From contig OZ220744.1 of the NCBI GenBank assembly GCA_965116925.1, positions 4,576,001 through 4,640,000 of the forward strand: 64,000 nucleotides of DNA, read 5' to 3'. The position numbers and the translations under genes are program-made. This DNA is from Candidatus Poribacteria bacterium. Lineage in GTDB: Bacteria; Poribacteria; WGA-4E; PCPOR2b. Positions within the stretch are counted from its first letter, which is position 1. Every line of letters starts with the position of its first letter. Positions 20,054 to 29,542 of the stretch are shown one piece after another. The notes under the pieces were generated by a model. That model was given only the letters and a program-made list of their open reading frames with translations, had not been told where the DNA came from and searched no databases.

Positions 20054-20887
20054 TCACTCAAATCGGGCTTTGATCTGTCCCCAAGTTGTGGTTAGCATAC
20101 CATCGGGAGAAACACCCAGAAGCGGACCGAATCCCAACTTCATGTTGTCTTTTATCTCATTGACGGGCAGTGCACGATTCCAGACGCGCACCTCATCGAT
20201 GATGCCGTGGAAGTTTCTGAAACCAGCAAAACTCCCGCCGATTCGGAGGTCATTGTCAACATCTTTTAATGGGAGCGCCTCGTTTCCTTTATCCTCGAAC
20301 ACCAGTTTTCCATTGAGGTAAACGCGGTGCTCGCCCTCCTTCCAAGTCCCTGCGGCGTGATACCAGACATCGTTATTTACCTCAGCCTCCGGGTTCGGGT
20401 CATTGTTTTTCCTTGACCCCTTTTCTACGCTGAGTTGGAGGGTAAGTTTGACACCGTGCTTTCTAAACTTGAGCGCAAAGCCACCGCGCAACGGATCGCA
20501 GTCGCAACTATCGTTAGTAATTGACTCCTTGGCGATGAGTCGCGGAGCGGTAGAGATGCCCTCTCCTTTCATCAGGAACCAGCACTCGGCTGTGCCTGCG
20601 GATTCATGCAATTGAAGTTCCTTAGAATTTTTCGTTTCGATAATGACAACATCATCATCGCCATCAAATTCTATCGCCTTGCCATGCTTGCCCGGAACCC
20701 ATTGTGGTCCCCCTTCGAGTTTACCATGGTTTCCGAGTCGAGTCCGATCAAACGCTGTATCACCCTCCCCTTCATTAAATGGGAGGTAAAGGATCAAAGA
20801 GTCGTCATTTGCATATTTCTGGGCGTTGGTCAAAGATGGAAAGATTAACAGGCTGCCTATCGCGAAAGTGAGAAACAATATCCTCAT
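20054..20887 (-). CDS. Secreted LamG domain protein (paralog A)
   Basis: Start set at MRILFL by comparison with paralogs; WYHAAGTW, GIIDEVRVWN; ends LTTTWGQIKARFE. Confidence 0.9.
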   Translation of the reverse strand: MRILFLTFAIGSLLIFPSLTNAQKYANDDSLILYLPFNEGEGDTAFDRTRLGNHGKLEGGPQWVPGKHGKAIEFDGDDDVVIIETKNSKELQLHESAGTAECWFLMKGEGISTAPRLIAKESITNDSCDCDPLRGGFALKFRKHGVKLTLQLSVEKGSRKNNDPNPEAEVNNDVWYHAAGTWKEGEHRVYLNGKLVFEDKGNEALPLKDVDNDLRIGGSFAGFRNFHGIIDEVRVWNRALPVNEIKDNMKLGFGPLLGVSPDGMLTTTWGQIKARFE

Positions 20888-20909
20888 GACTTTATCCTCT
20901 GAGATTTGG

Positions 20910-21030
20910 GTGTCGAGATATGAATCTCGACCTATAGGTTGAGCGCGGTGAAATCCCGATAGATTGGGATACTCGGAACGGCATCGGGAGATGCCCCGCC
21001 TACGCGTTGTCAAATGTCAACACACCCTAA
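20910..21030. repeat. Composite palindromic repeat (second copy of the 2426-2568 type)
   Basis: GTGTCGAGATATGAATCTCGACCTA ... CCTACG ... ATGTCAACACACCCTAA. Confidence 0.6.
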
Positions 21031-21115
21031 ATAGGATGTTGAGTACGAATCTATTACGATTACGAGATAGCAAGTGCAATCGGGAACGCGTTGCCGGTCA
21101 ATGCTATTAACGCAA

Positions 21116-21946
21116 TCACTCAAATCGTGCTTTGATCTGTCCCCAAGTAGTGGTTAACATACCCTCGGGAGAAACCCCCAGCAGTGAACCGAATCCCAAC
21201 TTCATGTTGTCTTTTATCTCATTTATGGGTAGCGCGCGATTCCAAACGCGCACTTCATCAATGATGCCTTGAAAGTTTCTGAGACCTGCGAAAGTCCCAC
21301 CGATTCGGAGGTCGTTGTCTACATCTTTCAGTGGGAGTGCCTGGTTTCCCTCATCCTCGAACACCAATTTCCCATTGAGGTAAACACGATGCTCGCCCTC
21401 CTCCCAGGTCCCGGCGACGTGATACCAGACATCGTTGTTTATAATAGCGTCCGGATTCGGGTCATTGTTTTTCCTTGACCCCTTTTCCACGCTGAGTTGG
21501 ATGTTAAATTTTCCGTGTTTTCTAAACTTGAGCGCAAAGCCACCGCGCAACGCGTCGCAGTCGCAATGATCGTTAGTAATTGATTCCTTAGCGATGAGTC
21601 GCGGAGCGGTAGAGATGCCCTCTCCTTTCATCAGGAACCAACACTCGGCTGTGCCTGCGGATTTATGCAATTGGAGTTCATTGGAATTTTTCGTTTCGAT
21701 GATCACAACATCGTCATCACCATCAAATTCTATTGCCTTGCCATGCTTTCCTGGCACCCATTGTGGACCCCCTTCGAGTTTACCATGGTTGCCAAGTTTA
21801 GTGCGATCAAAAGCTGTATCTCCCTCTCCTTCATTAAGTGGGAGGTACAGGATCAGAGAGTCGTCATTTGCATATTTCTGGGCGTTGGTCAAAGATGGAA
21901 GGATTAACAGGCTGCCTATCGCGAAAGTGAGCAACAATGTCCTCAT
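21116..21946 (-). CDS. Secreted LamG domain protein (paralog B)
   Basis: Highly similar to 20054-20887, including the downstream UTR. Confidence 0.9.
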   Translation of the reverse strand: MRTLLLTFAIGSLLILPSLTNAQKYANDDSLILYLPLNEGEGDTAFDRTKLGNHGKLEGGPQWVPGKHGKAIEFDGDDDVVIIETKNSNELQLHKSAGTAECWFLMKGEGISTAPRLIAKESITNDHCDCDALRGGFALKFRKHGKFNIQLSVEKGSRKNNDPNPDAIINNDVWYHVAGTWEEGEHRVYLNGKLVFEDEGNQALPLKDVDNDLRIGGTFAGLRNFQGIIDEVRVWNRALPINEIKDNMKLGFGSLLGVSPEGMLTTTWGQIKARFE

Positions 21947-22214
21947 AACCGTATCCTCCTATTCCTAGGTTTCAGTTAATTTCTAACTTTCACACACTAC
22001 AACAAAATAGGGGAGATATACCCCAAAACGGTTAAGGAATGAGAATTTAACTACTGATACGTTTCGACCAACTCTTCCTCTTGCGAAGGAGAAATCAGAG
22101 CAGGTTAATGATGGAGTTATTTGGTTGCCAGTCCCAAATAACCTCTAACCTCACTGTGGATAGTATCCTTGATGGAGCTGCATGAATTGGAAACAGATAG
22201 TTCAAGCTCGAGTA

Positions 22215-22363
22215 ATATTATAACACAGATTCCGGAAAAATAGAACATAAACTGCATTTGTAGCTGCAAGATACGAATGTTAGCAAAATTCCAACACAGT
22301 TTTTCATATCTTTCTGAGATTTTACCATTTTTTTGTAACTGTTTTGAATCTGTGCTATAATAT
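22215..22363. promoter_or_regulatory. Pair of divergent extended -10 promoters forming an 18-bp inverted repeat
   Basis: GAATCTGTGYTATAATAT at 22232-22215 (-) and 22346-22363 (+); 17/18 identical; each contains TGnTATAAT. Confidence 0.7.
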
Positions 22364-22645
22364 CGACGGTTCTAGTCCAAAAGTACGATAAGAAATTGTT
22401 CGACAGTTTTGAGTGCTATCTTCCCCGTTTCATAGTGGGTTATGTGTATGTTTTGGAAAGATTAAAAGAGAGCGGTACTAATAGTCCATTCAAACCCTAA
22501 CGTCGGAGAAATGAGCCAGCGAGCGGCAGAGCCTGTCTCTGATGTAATCAAGACGCTGTGGTGCACCTCCAAACTAATTTCGTGGAGCAGTCACAGAAGG
22601 TAAAGGTTAAAATTACTGACAAATAGTAAATAGGAGGACAAGGTT

Positions 22646-23473
22646 ATGAAGACACTGTTTCTCGTTTTGGCGATAGCTAGTCTTTTGATGTTTCCGTCTT
22701 TAGCTCCTAGTCAGAAATATGCAAATGATGAATCTTTAATCCTGTACCTTCCATTTAATGAAGGGGAAGGAGATACGGCCTTTGATAGGTCCAGATTTGG
22801 TCACGACGGTAAGTTAGATGCACCAAAATGGGTTCCGGGCAAGTTTGGCAAGGCGTTAGAGTTTGATGGAGAAGATGATGTTGTCATCATTGAAACGAAA
22901 GATTCTAAGGAACTCCAGATGGAAGGCTCAGACGGTACACTGGAGTGTTGGTTTATGATGAAAGGAGAAGGCAACGCAAATCTTCCTCGACTTATTGCCA
23001 AAGAATCGGTGACCAACGACTGGGTTGTCACGCACGGACGCGGCGGTTATACACTCCGGTTTCAAAAGTATTCTAAGTTTAACCTCCAACTCAGTGTGGA
23101 GGAGGGATCACGGGAGATCAATAAAGAGAAAAAGGAGGCTGGTGTAGATTTCAATGTCTGGTATCATGCTGCCGGCACCTGGAAGAAGGCTGAGCAACGT
23201 GTTTATCTCAATGGGAAGTTGGTAAATGAGGATAAGGCGGCAGATCTGACATTTCCAGTGGAAGATAAGGAGAATGACCTGCGAATCGGGGGAACTTTCG
23301 CAGGGTTCAGAAACTTCCACGGCATCATCGATGAGGTGCGCATCTGGAATCGTGCGCTGCCTGTGAATGAGATAAAAGACAACATGAAGCTAGGGGTTGG
23401 TCCGCTTCTAAGCGTTTCTCCGGCTGGGCAGCTAACCACGGCTTGGGGACGGATCAAAGCATGGCGAAAGTGA
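22646..23473 (+). CDS. Secreted LamG domain protein (paralog C, inverted)
   Basis: Same subfamily (QKYANDESLILYLPFNEGEG); ends LTTAWGRIKAWRK. Confidence 0.9.
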   Translation: MKTLFLVLAIASLLMFPSLAPSQKYANDESLILYLPFNEGEGDTAFDRSRFGHDGKLDAPKWVPGKFGKALEFDGEDDVVIIETKDSKELQMEGSDGTLECWFMMKGEGNANLPRLIAKESVTNDWVVTHGRGGYTLRFQKYSKFNLQLSVEEGSREINKEKKEAGVDFNVWYHAAGTWKKAEQRVYLNGKLVNEDKAADLTFPVEDKENDLRIGGTFAGFRNFHGIIDEVRIWNRALPVNEIKDNMKLGVGPLLSVSPAGQLTTAWGRIKAWRK

Positions 23474-23552
23474 TAAAGATTCTGGCATACTCCAAGCCCA
23501 AACGTCTTCGCCTGAATTTGCTATCACACATAAAGAGAGGTGATCCCCCGGA

Positions 23553-24644
23553 TCAGAAGCGGATGAGTCCGCGTGCAACTTCCCCGTTCAGCATGTCATC
23601 AAACGCTTCATTCACCTCTTCTAATTGGTAGGTTCGGGTAATCAGTTCATCCAACTTGAGAATACCAGCGCGATAAAGCGCAAGTAGACGTGGCATGTCA
23701 TAGCGGGGACGCGCCGAACCGTAGTTACTGCCCATTATCGTTTTTTCACCCCAGAACACAATCGCTGCGTCGAGGGACAGCGGTTCGAGAGGTGGCGCAC
23801 CAACCCAGATCGCTTTTCCTCGATTGCGTATTGCTTGCACTGTTTGTTCATAGGTGGTGCGTGTGCCGATCGCCTCAAACGCATAATCTGCGCCCAACCC
23901 ATCTGTCAAGGCTTGAATCTCTGGGATCGGATCGACTTCGCTGGCGTTGATTGTGTGCGTGGCACCAAACTGGCGTGCCATTTCCAGCTTTGCGTCCACC
24001 AGATCGACTACAATAATTCTCTCAGCACCGGCGATGGCTGCTCCCTGAACGACGTTTAAGCCGATGCCGCCGGCACCAAAAAGCACGACGCTACTTCCTG
24101 GCCTCACTTGAGCGGTATTGGTCGCTGCACAAACCCCTGTTGTGACACTACAACCGATGAGGGCAGCCGTATCCAGCGAGATGTCATCATCGAGCGGGAT
24201 AGCGCATTCCTGCGGAATCACGCTGTATTCTGCAAAGGAAGCCACCATCCCAAAATGGTAGATGGGCACCCCATTCTTTTTATAACGCGTTGTGCCGTCA
24301 AGCAGGTTTCCACGTCCGCCCTGTCTTGACTTCATGCAGAGATTGCCATACCCTTGCGTGCAATAGCTACAGTGACCGCACGATGGAACCCATGAGAGAA
24401 TCACGCGATCACCCGGTTTCACTAGGGTAACGCCTGAACCGACCTCCTCGACCACGCCTGCACCTTCATCTCCTAACACGATAGGGAACGGAACACTCAA
24501 CAGGCCGGTGATTGCGTGGTGGCAGCTATGGCAGACGCCAGTCGCTGCCATCTTGACAACAATTTCACCTGCTTTGGGCGCTTCCATCTCGATATCTTCT
24601 ACGACAACCGGTTGGTTCAGTCCATATAAAACAGCAGCTTTCAT
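23553..24644 (-). CDS. Zn-dependent alcohol dehydrogenase (class III-like)
   Basis: GVCHS, GDEGAG, CxxCxxC structural Zn site, GAGGIG. Confidence 0.9.
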   Translation of the reverse strand: MKAAVLYGLNQPVVVEDIEMEAPKAGEIVVKMAATGVCHSCHHAITGLLSVPFPIVLGDEGAGVVEEVGSGVTLVKPGDRVILSWVPSCGHCSYCTQGYGNLCMKSRQGGRGNLLDGTTRYKKNGVPIYHFGMVASFAEYSVIPQECAIPLDDDISLDTAALIGCSVTTGVCAATNTAQVRPGSSVVLFGAGGIGLNVVQGAAIAGAERIIVVDLVDAKLEMARQFGATHTINASEVDPIPEIQALTDGLGADYAFEAIGTRTTYEQTVQAIRNRGKAIWVGAPPLEPLSLDAAIVFWGEKTIMGSNYGSARPRYDMPRLLALYRAGILKLDELITRTYQLEEVNEAFDDMLNGEVARGLIRF

Positions 24645-24767
24645 AATTTTTTTCTCCAGTGGTTAGGCTATTCCTCGATCTTTGCTCATTTGTAACGGCA
24701 GACTAGAGTTCAATGTAAACGACTTGGTGAGGTCGAATAGACAGTAATGCTTTGCGTAGTTTCGGTA

Positions 24768-25004
24768 TCATCGGTAGATTACCAGCATCTCCTTTGCCAG
24801 TTCCAATGTTTGGATAGCTTGGTCACGACTTACAGAAGGAAAATCATCCAAGAATTCGTCAAGGCTATCGCCGGCTTCCAAATAGTCCATCAGGTTTTTG
24901 ATGGGAACGCGTGTACTCTTAAACACAGGTGTACCCGAAAGAATTTCGTCATCACATGTGATGACGCTGTCCATTGAGATCGTTTTTCGTTCTTTAGGCT
25001 TCAT
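24768..25004 (-). CDS. DUF433-family protein (antitoxin-like)
   Basis: 'ILSGTPVFKSTRVP...G.SLDEFLDDFPSV'. Confidence 0.85.
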   Translation of the reverse strand: MKPKERKTISMDSVITCDDEILSGTPVFKSTRVPIKNLMDYLEAGDSLDEFLDDFPSVSRDQAIQTLELAKEMLVIYR

Positions 25005-25037
25005 GATTTGCTACCTTCTTCTAAAGCGAGGGCAAAG

Positions 25038-25496
25038 CTACTGCATATCGCGAATTATTGTCGCCAAACGGATGCGTTGCTCCAACAGTTCAAGTTTTAC
25101 TTCTGTCTCATCACTGTCTGTTGCGGTAGCCCTTGACATAATCCACTGGAGCTGTTCCTCGTGCATGGCTTTGTACTCGCGAAACTCCCTGATCGCGATA
25201 TTAGGTTGATTTTGTGCTACTGCGAGTTGAAGCCGTGCTTCAGATAGTTTAAGTTGTGCTTCTCTTACTTCTATAGAGGTGATAAGTCCAATATCCTCTT
25301 TAGTTTCCGCCTGCAAAAGTGTTTGTTCACGTAATTCGACGGTTTCTTGAAGTGCTTGGATAATCTCTTGTTGCATCTGAGCCTTAAGCCCAGCACCTTG
25401 AGCAGGGGTTGAAGACGAAGATAGGTTCAGAATAACGATGACCGAACCGATAGCAGTCAAAATACTAAGGCTGGCGATGATGTGGCGGGAAAACAT
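25038..25496 (-). CDS. Hypothetical exported helical protein
   Basis: AGGAGG RBS, N-terminal hydrophobic segment, coiled-coil-like composition. Confidence 0.6.
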   Translation of the reverse strand: MFSRHIIASLSILTAIGSVIVILNLSSSSTPAQGAGLKAQMQQEIIQALQETVELREQTLLQAETKEDIGLITSIEVREAQLKLSEARLQLAVAQNQPNIAIREFREYKAMHEEQLQWIMSRATATDSDETEVKLELLEQRIRLATIIRDMQ

Positions 25497-25729
25497 AGCG
25501 ATTCCTCCTAACTTCTTACTCGATTGTATTTCTGTCGTATAATGTCAGATAGAACCAAATCCGACAAAGTGGTGCTCGGTTGCACAACCTTACCAACATT
25601 TTAACATTTTCAGTTAAGCCAATACCAACCAAATTGAATAACAAAGCCAGATTGCTAATGAGTTATATCAGTTTTTGTTATCTCCATTTGAAACAGAATA
25701 CGGCATACTGTGAAGGTATACCCCAGTAT

Positions 25730-27748
25730 CTACCGTGAGCCGCCAAAGAAGATTCGCATGTGGATAATGTCGCCTACGATTGTCCAGAAACCCCCAACCA
25801 TATATCCTCCCAAAATCAGTCCCAGGAAGAATGGCCGCGCCTGTCGATGGAGCTTGAGCCCACCATATTTAAGGACAATCCACTTGGCGATAAAGCCGAT
25901 AAGAACAGAGAACCAGAAGACATTAATGTCATGACTATTGGAAATGGCGTACCCCACCGGGTGAAACGGAAACCATAAAAATAACCTTCGCATCACAGTG
26001 AAGAAGAGGACAAACATAAAACCAACCCCTATAGCCCCTGCCCCGGTATAATCAAATTCAGACGGATTCAGCATCCAGTTCTGTAGGCGAACATACCCGG
26101 CATTTGCAAATCGTTCAAGGGAGCTACCTCCGGACTCGAAAGCGATATGCAAATAGACCCAGAAGAAGCTGAGGGTTCCTACAATCAGGGCGAGGGTCAT
26201 AGCAATAACTAACCCGCTAGTACCTCTCCTTGTTCGATTGGCTAGAGCGAATCCTTCGATTTGATGGGGCATCGGGTGCGCGCGGTAGGTAAAGTTAAAA
26301 AAATTAAGCATTGTCAACACTGTTAAGTTCCGAGCACCGAAACGACGAGATCCCAGAACATCGGGCAGAATTTGATCGGGCCCCGTAAAGACAAAATCGT
26401 GAAACGGGGCACCGAATTCGGCTCGAATCCGCGTCACGCCAAGTGATACGAGGTAGTAGAGTATAAAAAAGGTGATACCGATCCAAACGGCGAGCCCTGC
26501 CCGCCAGAGAAAAAGTGTTAGGAAACCGATACCTCCGATAGTACCGAGGAGCGCGGTGCTATAGCGCATCGGTTCATGAGAATCGTCCAATCTGCTGTCG
26601 CCTAGTATACGCTTAACAACCGCGACGAGATGTCTCCAGTTTGACCACAATGCCACCAATACAATGCCGAGCAGCGCGCCAAATGACTGCTGAATTTGAA
26701 CAACGGCATAGGAACCCGCAACGAACTGAAGTCCCATTGCGACGACAACCACTTTCTGAATCTTCCAGAACCAATAGAAAATCCAGCAAGAAAAGGACAT
26801 CTCTAACGGCATAAAGAACGATAAACCAACCATTGGAAGAATAACCCCAGTTGGTATCCACCCCATTGCGTTCCACGGTTTGGCTGTGAAATATGTGCCT
26901 AAGTTGTGATAGTAAGGGCTCCACTTAATGGACGGGATGGTGGGAAAAATCCAACCCAACCCATTAATTAGTGCAACCCCACCCGAAATGCCAATCCCAA
27001 GCCACAATCCCTTATTCCTGAAGATTGCGGACGTCGAATCTGTCATCTCTAGGGGGAGCTGAATAATTGGATAGGATAGCTTCTCATTTTCAACCCATGC
27101 CCTTCTGACAATCACATTGATACAGATCATCACAAAAACGAGTACCACGACGAAAGCCGACCACCACAGACAGGGCATCAGCCAACTGTTAATATGTTTG
27201 TCAATATAGAGGGTTGAATCCCCCTTATAATACGTATCTAGTATATTTCTATCGCTGACCGAAAGCCATGACGGAATATGTCGCCAAAACAGTTCTCTCC
27301 ACTCATTTTCAGGCGTGGCGTGCCGGAAGGGGACCTCCATGATGGTTGTGAGCGTTTGCATCATTTGGAACGATTGAATCGCAGAGGTCAAACTGAGCAG
27401 AATATAGACTGTTATCAATTCCCCTTGGGTCAAAGCAAGTTGGGGTGCGAATCGCCTTAAGGGAAAGTTTAGAAGTAGCAGCACACCAATAATGAAGATG
27501 ACATTAAAGAAAGGCGATATAATTGTGGGAACGGATTGATACTGGTAGGGTTGTCGAGAAATTACCAGCCAATAGGCATTGATGGGGATTAAAATTAGAG
27601 CTAGCCATACAGCGCGCGTAGAAATCATTGATGGCAGAGAAGCGGCTGATGAACGTCTTGGGTTCATAGCTTCACCGAAAAAGGGATCCCGTGTTTGTGA
27701 GGCAGATTGGGAATCTGCCTCACAAAAGAGTTGCGTCTCTATCATCAA
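25730..27748 (-). CDS. Large polytopic membrane protein (DUF6785/DUF6784-like), paralog of 14187-16127; true start may be 27667
   Basis: Shared QPYQYQ, EKLSYPIIQLPLEMT, YRAHPMPHQIE and FPFHPVGY motifs. Confidence 0.7.
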   Translation of the reverse strand: MMIETQLFCEADSQSASQTRDPFFGEAMNPRRSSAASLPSMISTRAVWLALILIPINAYWLVISRQPYQYQSVPTIISPFFNVIFIIGVLLLLNFPLRRFAPQLALTQGELITVYILLSLTSAIQSFQMMQTLTTIMEVPFRHATPENEWRELFWRHIPSWLSVSDRNILDTYYKGDSTLYIDKHINSWLMPCLWWSAFVVVLVFVMICINVIVRRAWVENEKLSYPIIQLPLEMTDSTSAIFRNKGLWLGIGISGGVALINGLGWIFPTIPSIKWSPYYHNLGTYFTAKPWNAMGWIPTGVILPMVGLSFFMPLEMSFSCWIFYWFWKIQKVVVVAMGLQFVAGSYAVVQIQQSFGALLGIVLVALWSNWRHLVAVVKRILGDSRLDDSHEPMRYSTALLGTIGGIGFLTLFLWRAGLAVWIGITFFILYYLVSLGVTRIRAEFGAPFHDFVFTGPDQILPDVLGSRRFGARNLTVLTMLNFFNFTYRAHPMPHQIEGFALANRTRRGTSGLVIAMTLALIVGTLSFFWVYLHIAFESGGSSLERFANAGYVRLQNWMLNPSEFDYTGAGAIGVGFMFVLFFTVMRRLFLWFPFHPVGYAISNSHDINVFWFSVLIGFIAKWIVLKYGGLKLHRQARPFFLGLILGGYMVGGFWTIVGDIIHMRIFFGGSR

Positions 27749-27767
27749 ATAGGATGAGGTGCATAGA

Positions 27768-29309
27768 CTATTTGATGATTATCATCTTCTTCGTCGTGGC
27801 AAAATCGCCTGCTTGTAGGTGATAGAAATAGATGCCGCTGGACACAGGTTCGCCTGTATCGTTACGACCATTCCAGTAAATCGCTCTCTCTTTTGACGTA
27901 TATATAGCGGCGGGTTGATGTCCGACGTCGAATGTACGGACAACGTAACCTGTCAAATCAGAGATAGTCAAAGTGACGAAGGCGTCTTCTGCCAACTGAT
28001 ACGGGATCCATGTCTCGGGATTGAACGGATTTGGGAAGTTTTGGTACAGAGCATTTCTGCGTATCTGTCCCCACAAGACAACCTGCTTCCCCAAGGGTTC
28101 GACTGGAAGTGCCAAATCAAAGGCATTATAGATATAGGCTGCACCCGTACCGCCATTTTTCAAGCTGGAACCAGTGATGCCATGATTGGCACTGAGGGAG
28201 ACGGAAACGCCGAATCTCTCGCTTGCCTCTACGTCGCTAGCAATCAGCTTCGCCCTTTCAACCCAAGCGTTACCCTTACGCAAAAAGGAATAGACCGCGC
28301 CGGAGTTGCTTCCTTTAGCATCGTGCCGGTACGATCCCACGAGAGCACCAATATTTCCGGTGGCTCCATTGATGGAGACGGAAATTCCGAAGTCGTCCTT
28401 TGGTTGCCCATCGCTGGCTGTAAGTTTCGCCTCTTCTTTCCATTTGTCTCCGTCGCGCACAAAGACATACGCCGCACCAGTACCTTTATTGTGCCCATAC
28501 GCCCCGACAATAGCGTACCTTCCACTGAGGTCAACGGAAAATCCAAATTCGGCGTTCCTCGCCCCGTCGCTGGCAACGAGCTTCGCTTCCTGTGTCCAAA
28601 GCTGCCTGACGCGCTTGTAGACATACACCGAACCGGACCGATTTCCTTTATCATCGTCCCAAAGAGCTCCGATGATAGCGTGGTCCCCGTCGATGGCGAC
28701 AGCAGAACCAAAGATGTCCCCTCCCTCCGCGTCGCGGGGTGTAAATTTTTGTTGCTCTACCCATTTGTCCTTAACGCGTACGTAGACAAACACCGAGCCG
28801 GAGTCAGCTCCTTTATCGTTGTCTTGGGGTACTCCGGCAATGGCGGTGTCCCCGCTGATGTCGACAGAAAAAGCGAAACTGTCATTTGCTTCCCCATCGT
28901 CGGGATCGAGTTTACCGTGTTCTTTCCAATTTTTTCCATCGCGCTGGTAGATATAGGCTGAACCTGACCATATATCATCGTGATGAGAACTGACGATCGC
29001 CCAGTCGCCATCGATGGATACAGAACGACCGAAGAAGTCGCCTCCCGCTCCATCTTTGGCAGTGAGTTTCGCCTGCTGAGCCCAAACCCCTCCATCGAGG
29101 AAGAAAATATAGGCTGAACCAGACCGGTCTCCGTCATCATCGTTACCCGGGGCACCGACAATGGCGTAGTTTCCGCTGATGGAGACAGACGTGCTGAAAT
29201 TGTCATCCGCCGCAGCATCACCGGCGGTCAGTTTGACTTCTTCGGCGTGGATTCCGGTTGCTTGACACATCGCCAACATTACAACAAACAGGATCGGTAC
29301 TTTTTTCAT
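27768..29309 (-). CDS. Secreted FG-GAP repeat beta-propeller with C-terminal FlgD-Ig/Por-secretion-tail-like domain
   Basis: Seven 'FG.SV.ISG..AIVGA...G.AY' repeats; 'LYQNFPNPFNPETWIPYQL...WNGRN..GEPVSSGIYFY'. Confidence 0.9.
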   Translation of the reverse strand: MKKVPILFVVMLAMCQATGIHAEEVKLTAGDAAADDNFSTSVSISGNYAIVGAPGNDDDGDRSGSAYIFFLDGGVWAQQAKLTAKDGAGGDFFGRSVSIDGDWAIVSSHHDDIWSGSAYIYQRDGKNWKEHGKLDPDDGEANDSFAFSVDISGDTAIAGVPQDNDKGADSGSVFVYVRVKDKWVEQQKFTPRDAEGGDIFGSAVAIDGDHAIIGALWDDDKGNRSGSVYVYKRVRQLWTQEAKLVASDGARNAEFGFSVDLSGRYAIVGAYGHNKGTGAAYVFVRDGDKWKEEAKLTASDGQPKDDFGISVSINGATGNIGALVGSYRHDAKGSNSGAVYSFLRKGNAWVERAKLIASDVEASERFGVSVSLSANHGITGSSLKNGGTGAAYIYNAFDLALPVEPLGKQVVLWGQIRRNALYQNFPNPFNPETWIPYQLAEDAFVTLTISDLTGYVVRTFDVGHQPAAIYTSKERAIYWNGRNDTGEPVSSGIYFYHLQAGDFATTKKMIIIK

Positions 29310-29542
29310 GATTGTTTTCCTTTGGCTTTTTTCCTCACCTTGGATAGGTCAGAGAGTTGCGGTCAGTTTGCAGGGATATACGAATGAGTGGTTGAGCAAA
29401 TAAACGGATCTAAGCCTTCAGAGTTTTGTGAATTTCCTTAGGCTGAACGAGGTAAAATCAGGACTGGTTGGGACAATTCAGATGGCGGATTGCTGAAGTG
29501 AAATTGATGCAACAGCAATCTCTTTATAGATTTCGACCCTTC

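Noticed and set aside
20888..21013. N-terminal extension of LamG paralog A, and similar extensions at 47706-47825, 62993-63076 and 63925-63990
   Set aside because: The extensions run through repeat DNA; paralog alignment and RBS position support the downstream starts.
20054..23473. Diversity-generating retroelement acting on the LamG paralogs
   Set aside because: No reverse transcriptase in the window, both near-identical copies are full genes, and the differences are not adenine-specific.
27915..28961. 348-aa antisense ORF, and similar ones at 61994-62971, 42595-43308 and 44396-45055
   Set aside because: These are shadow ORFs opposite well-supported genes, with no recognisable motifs.
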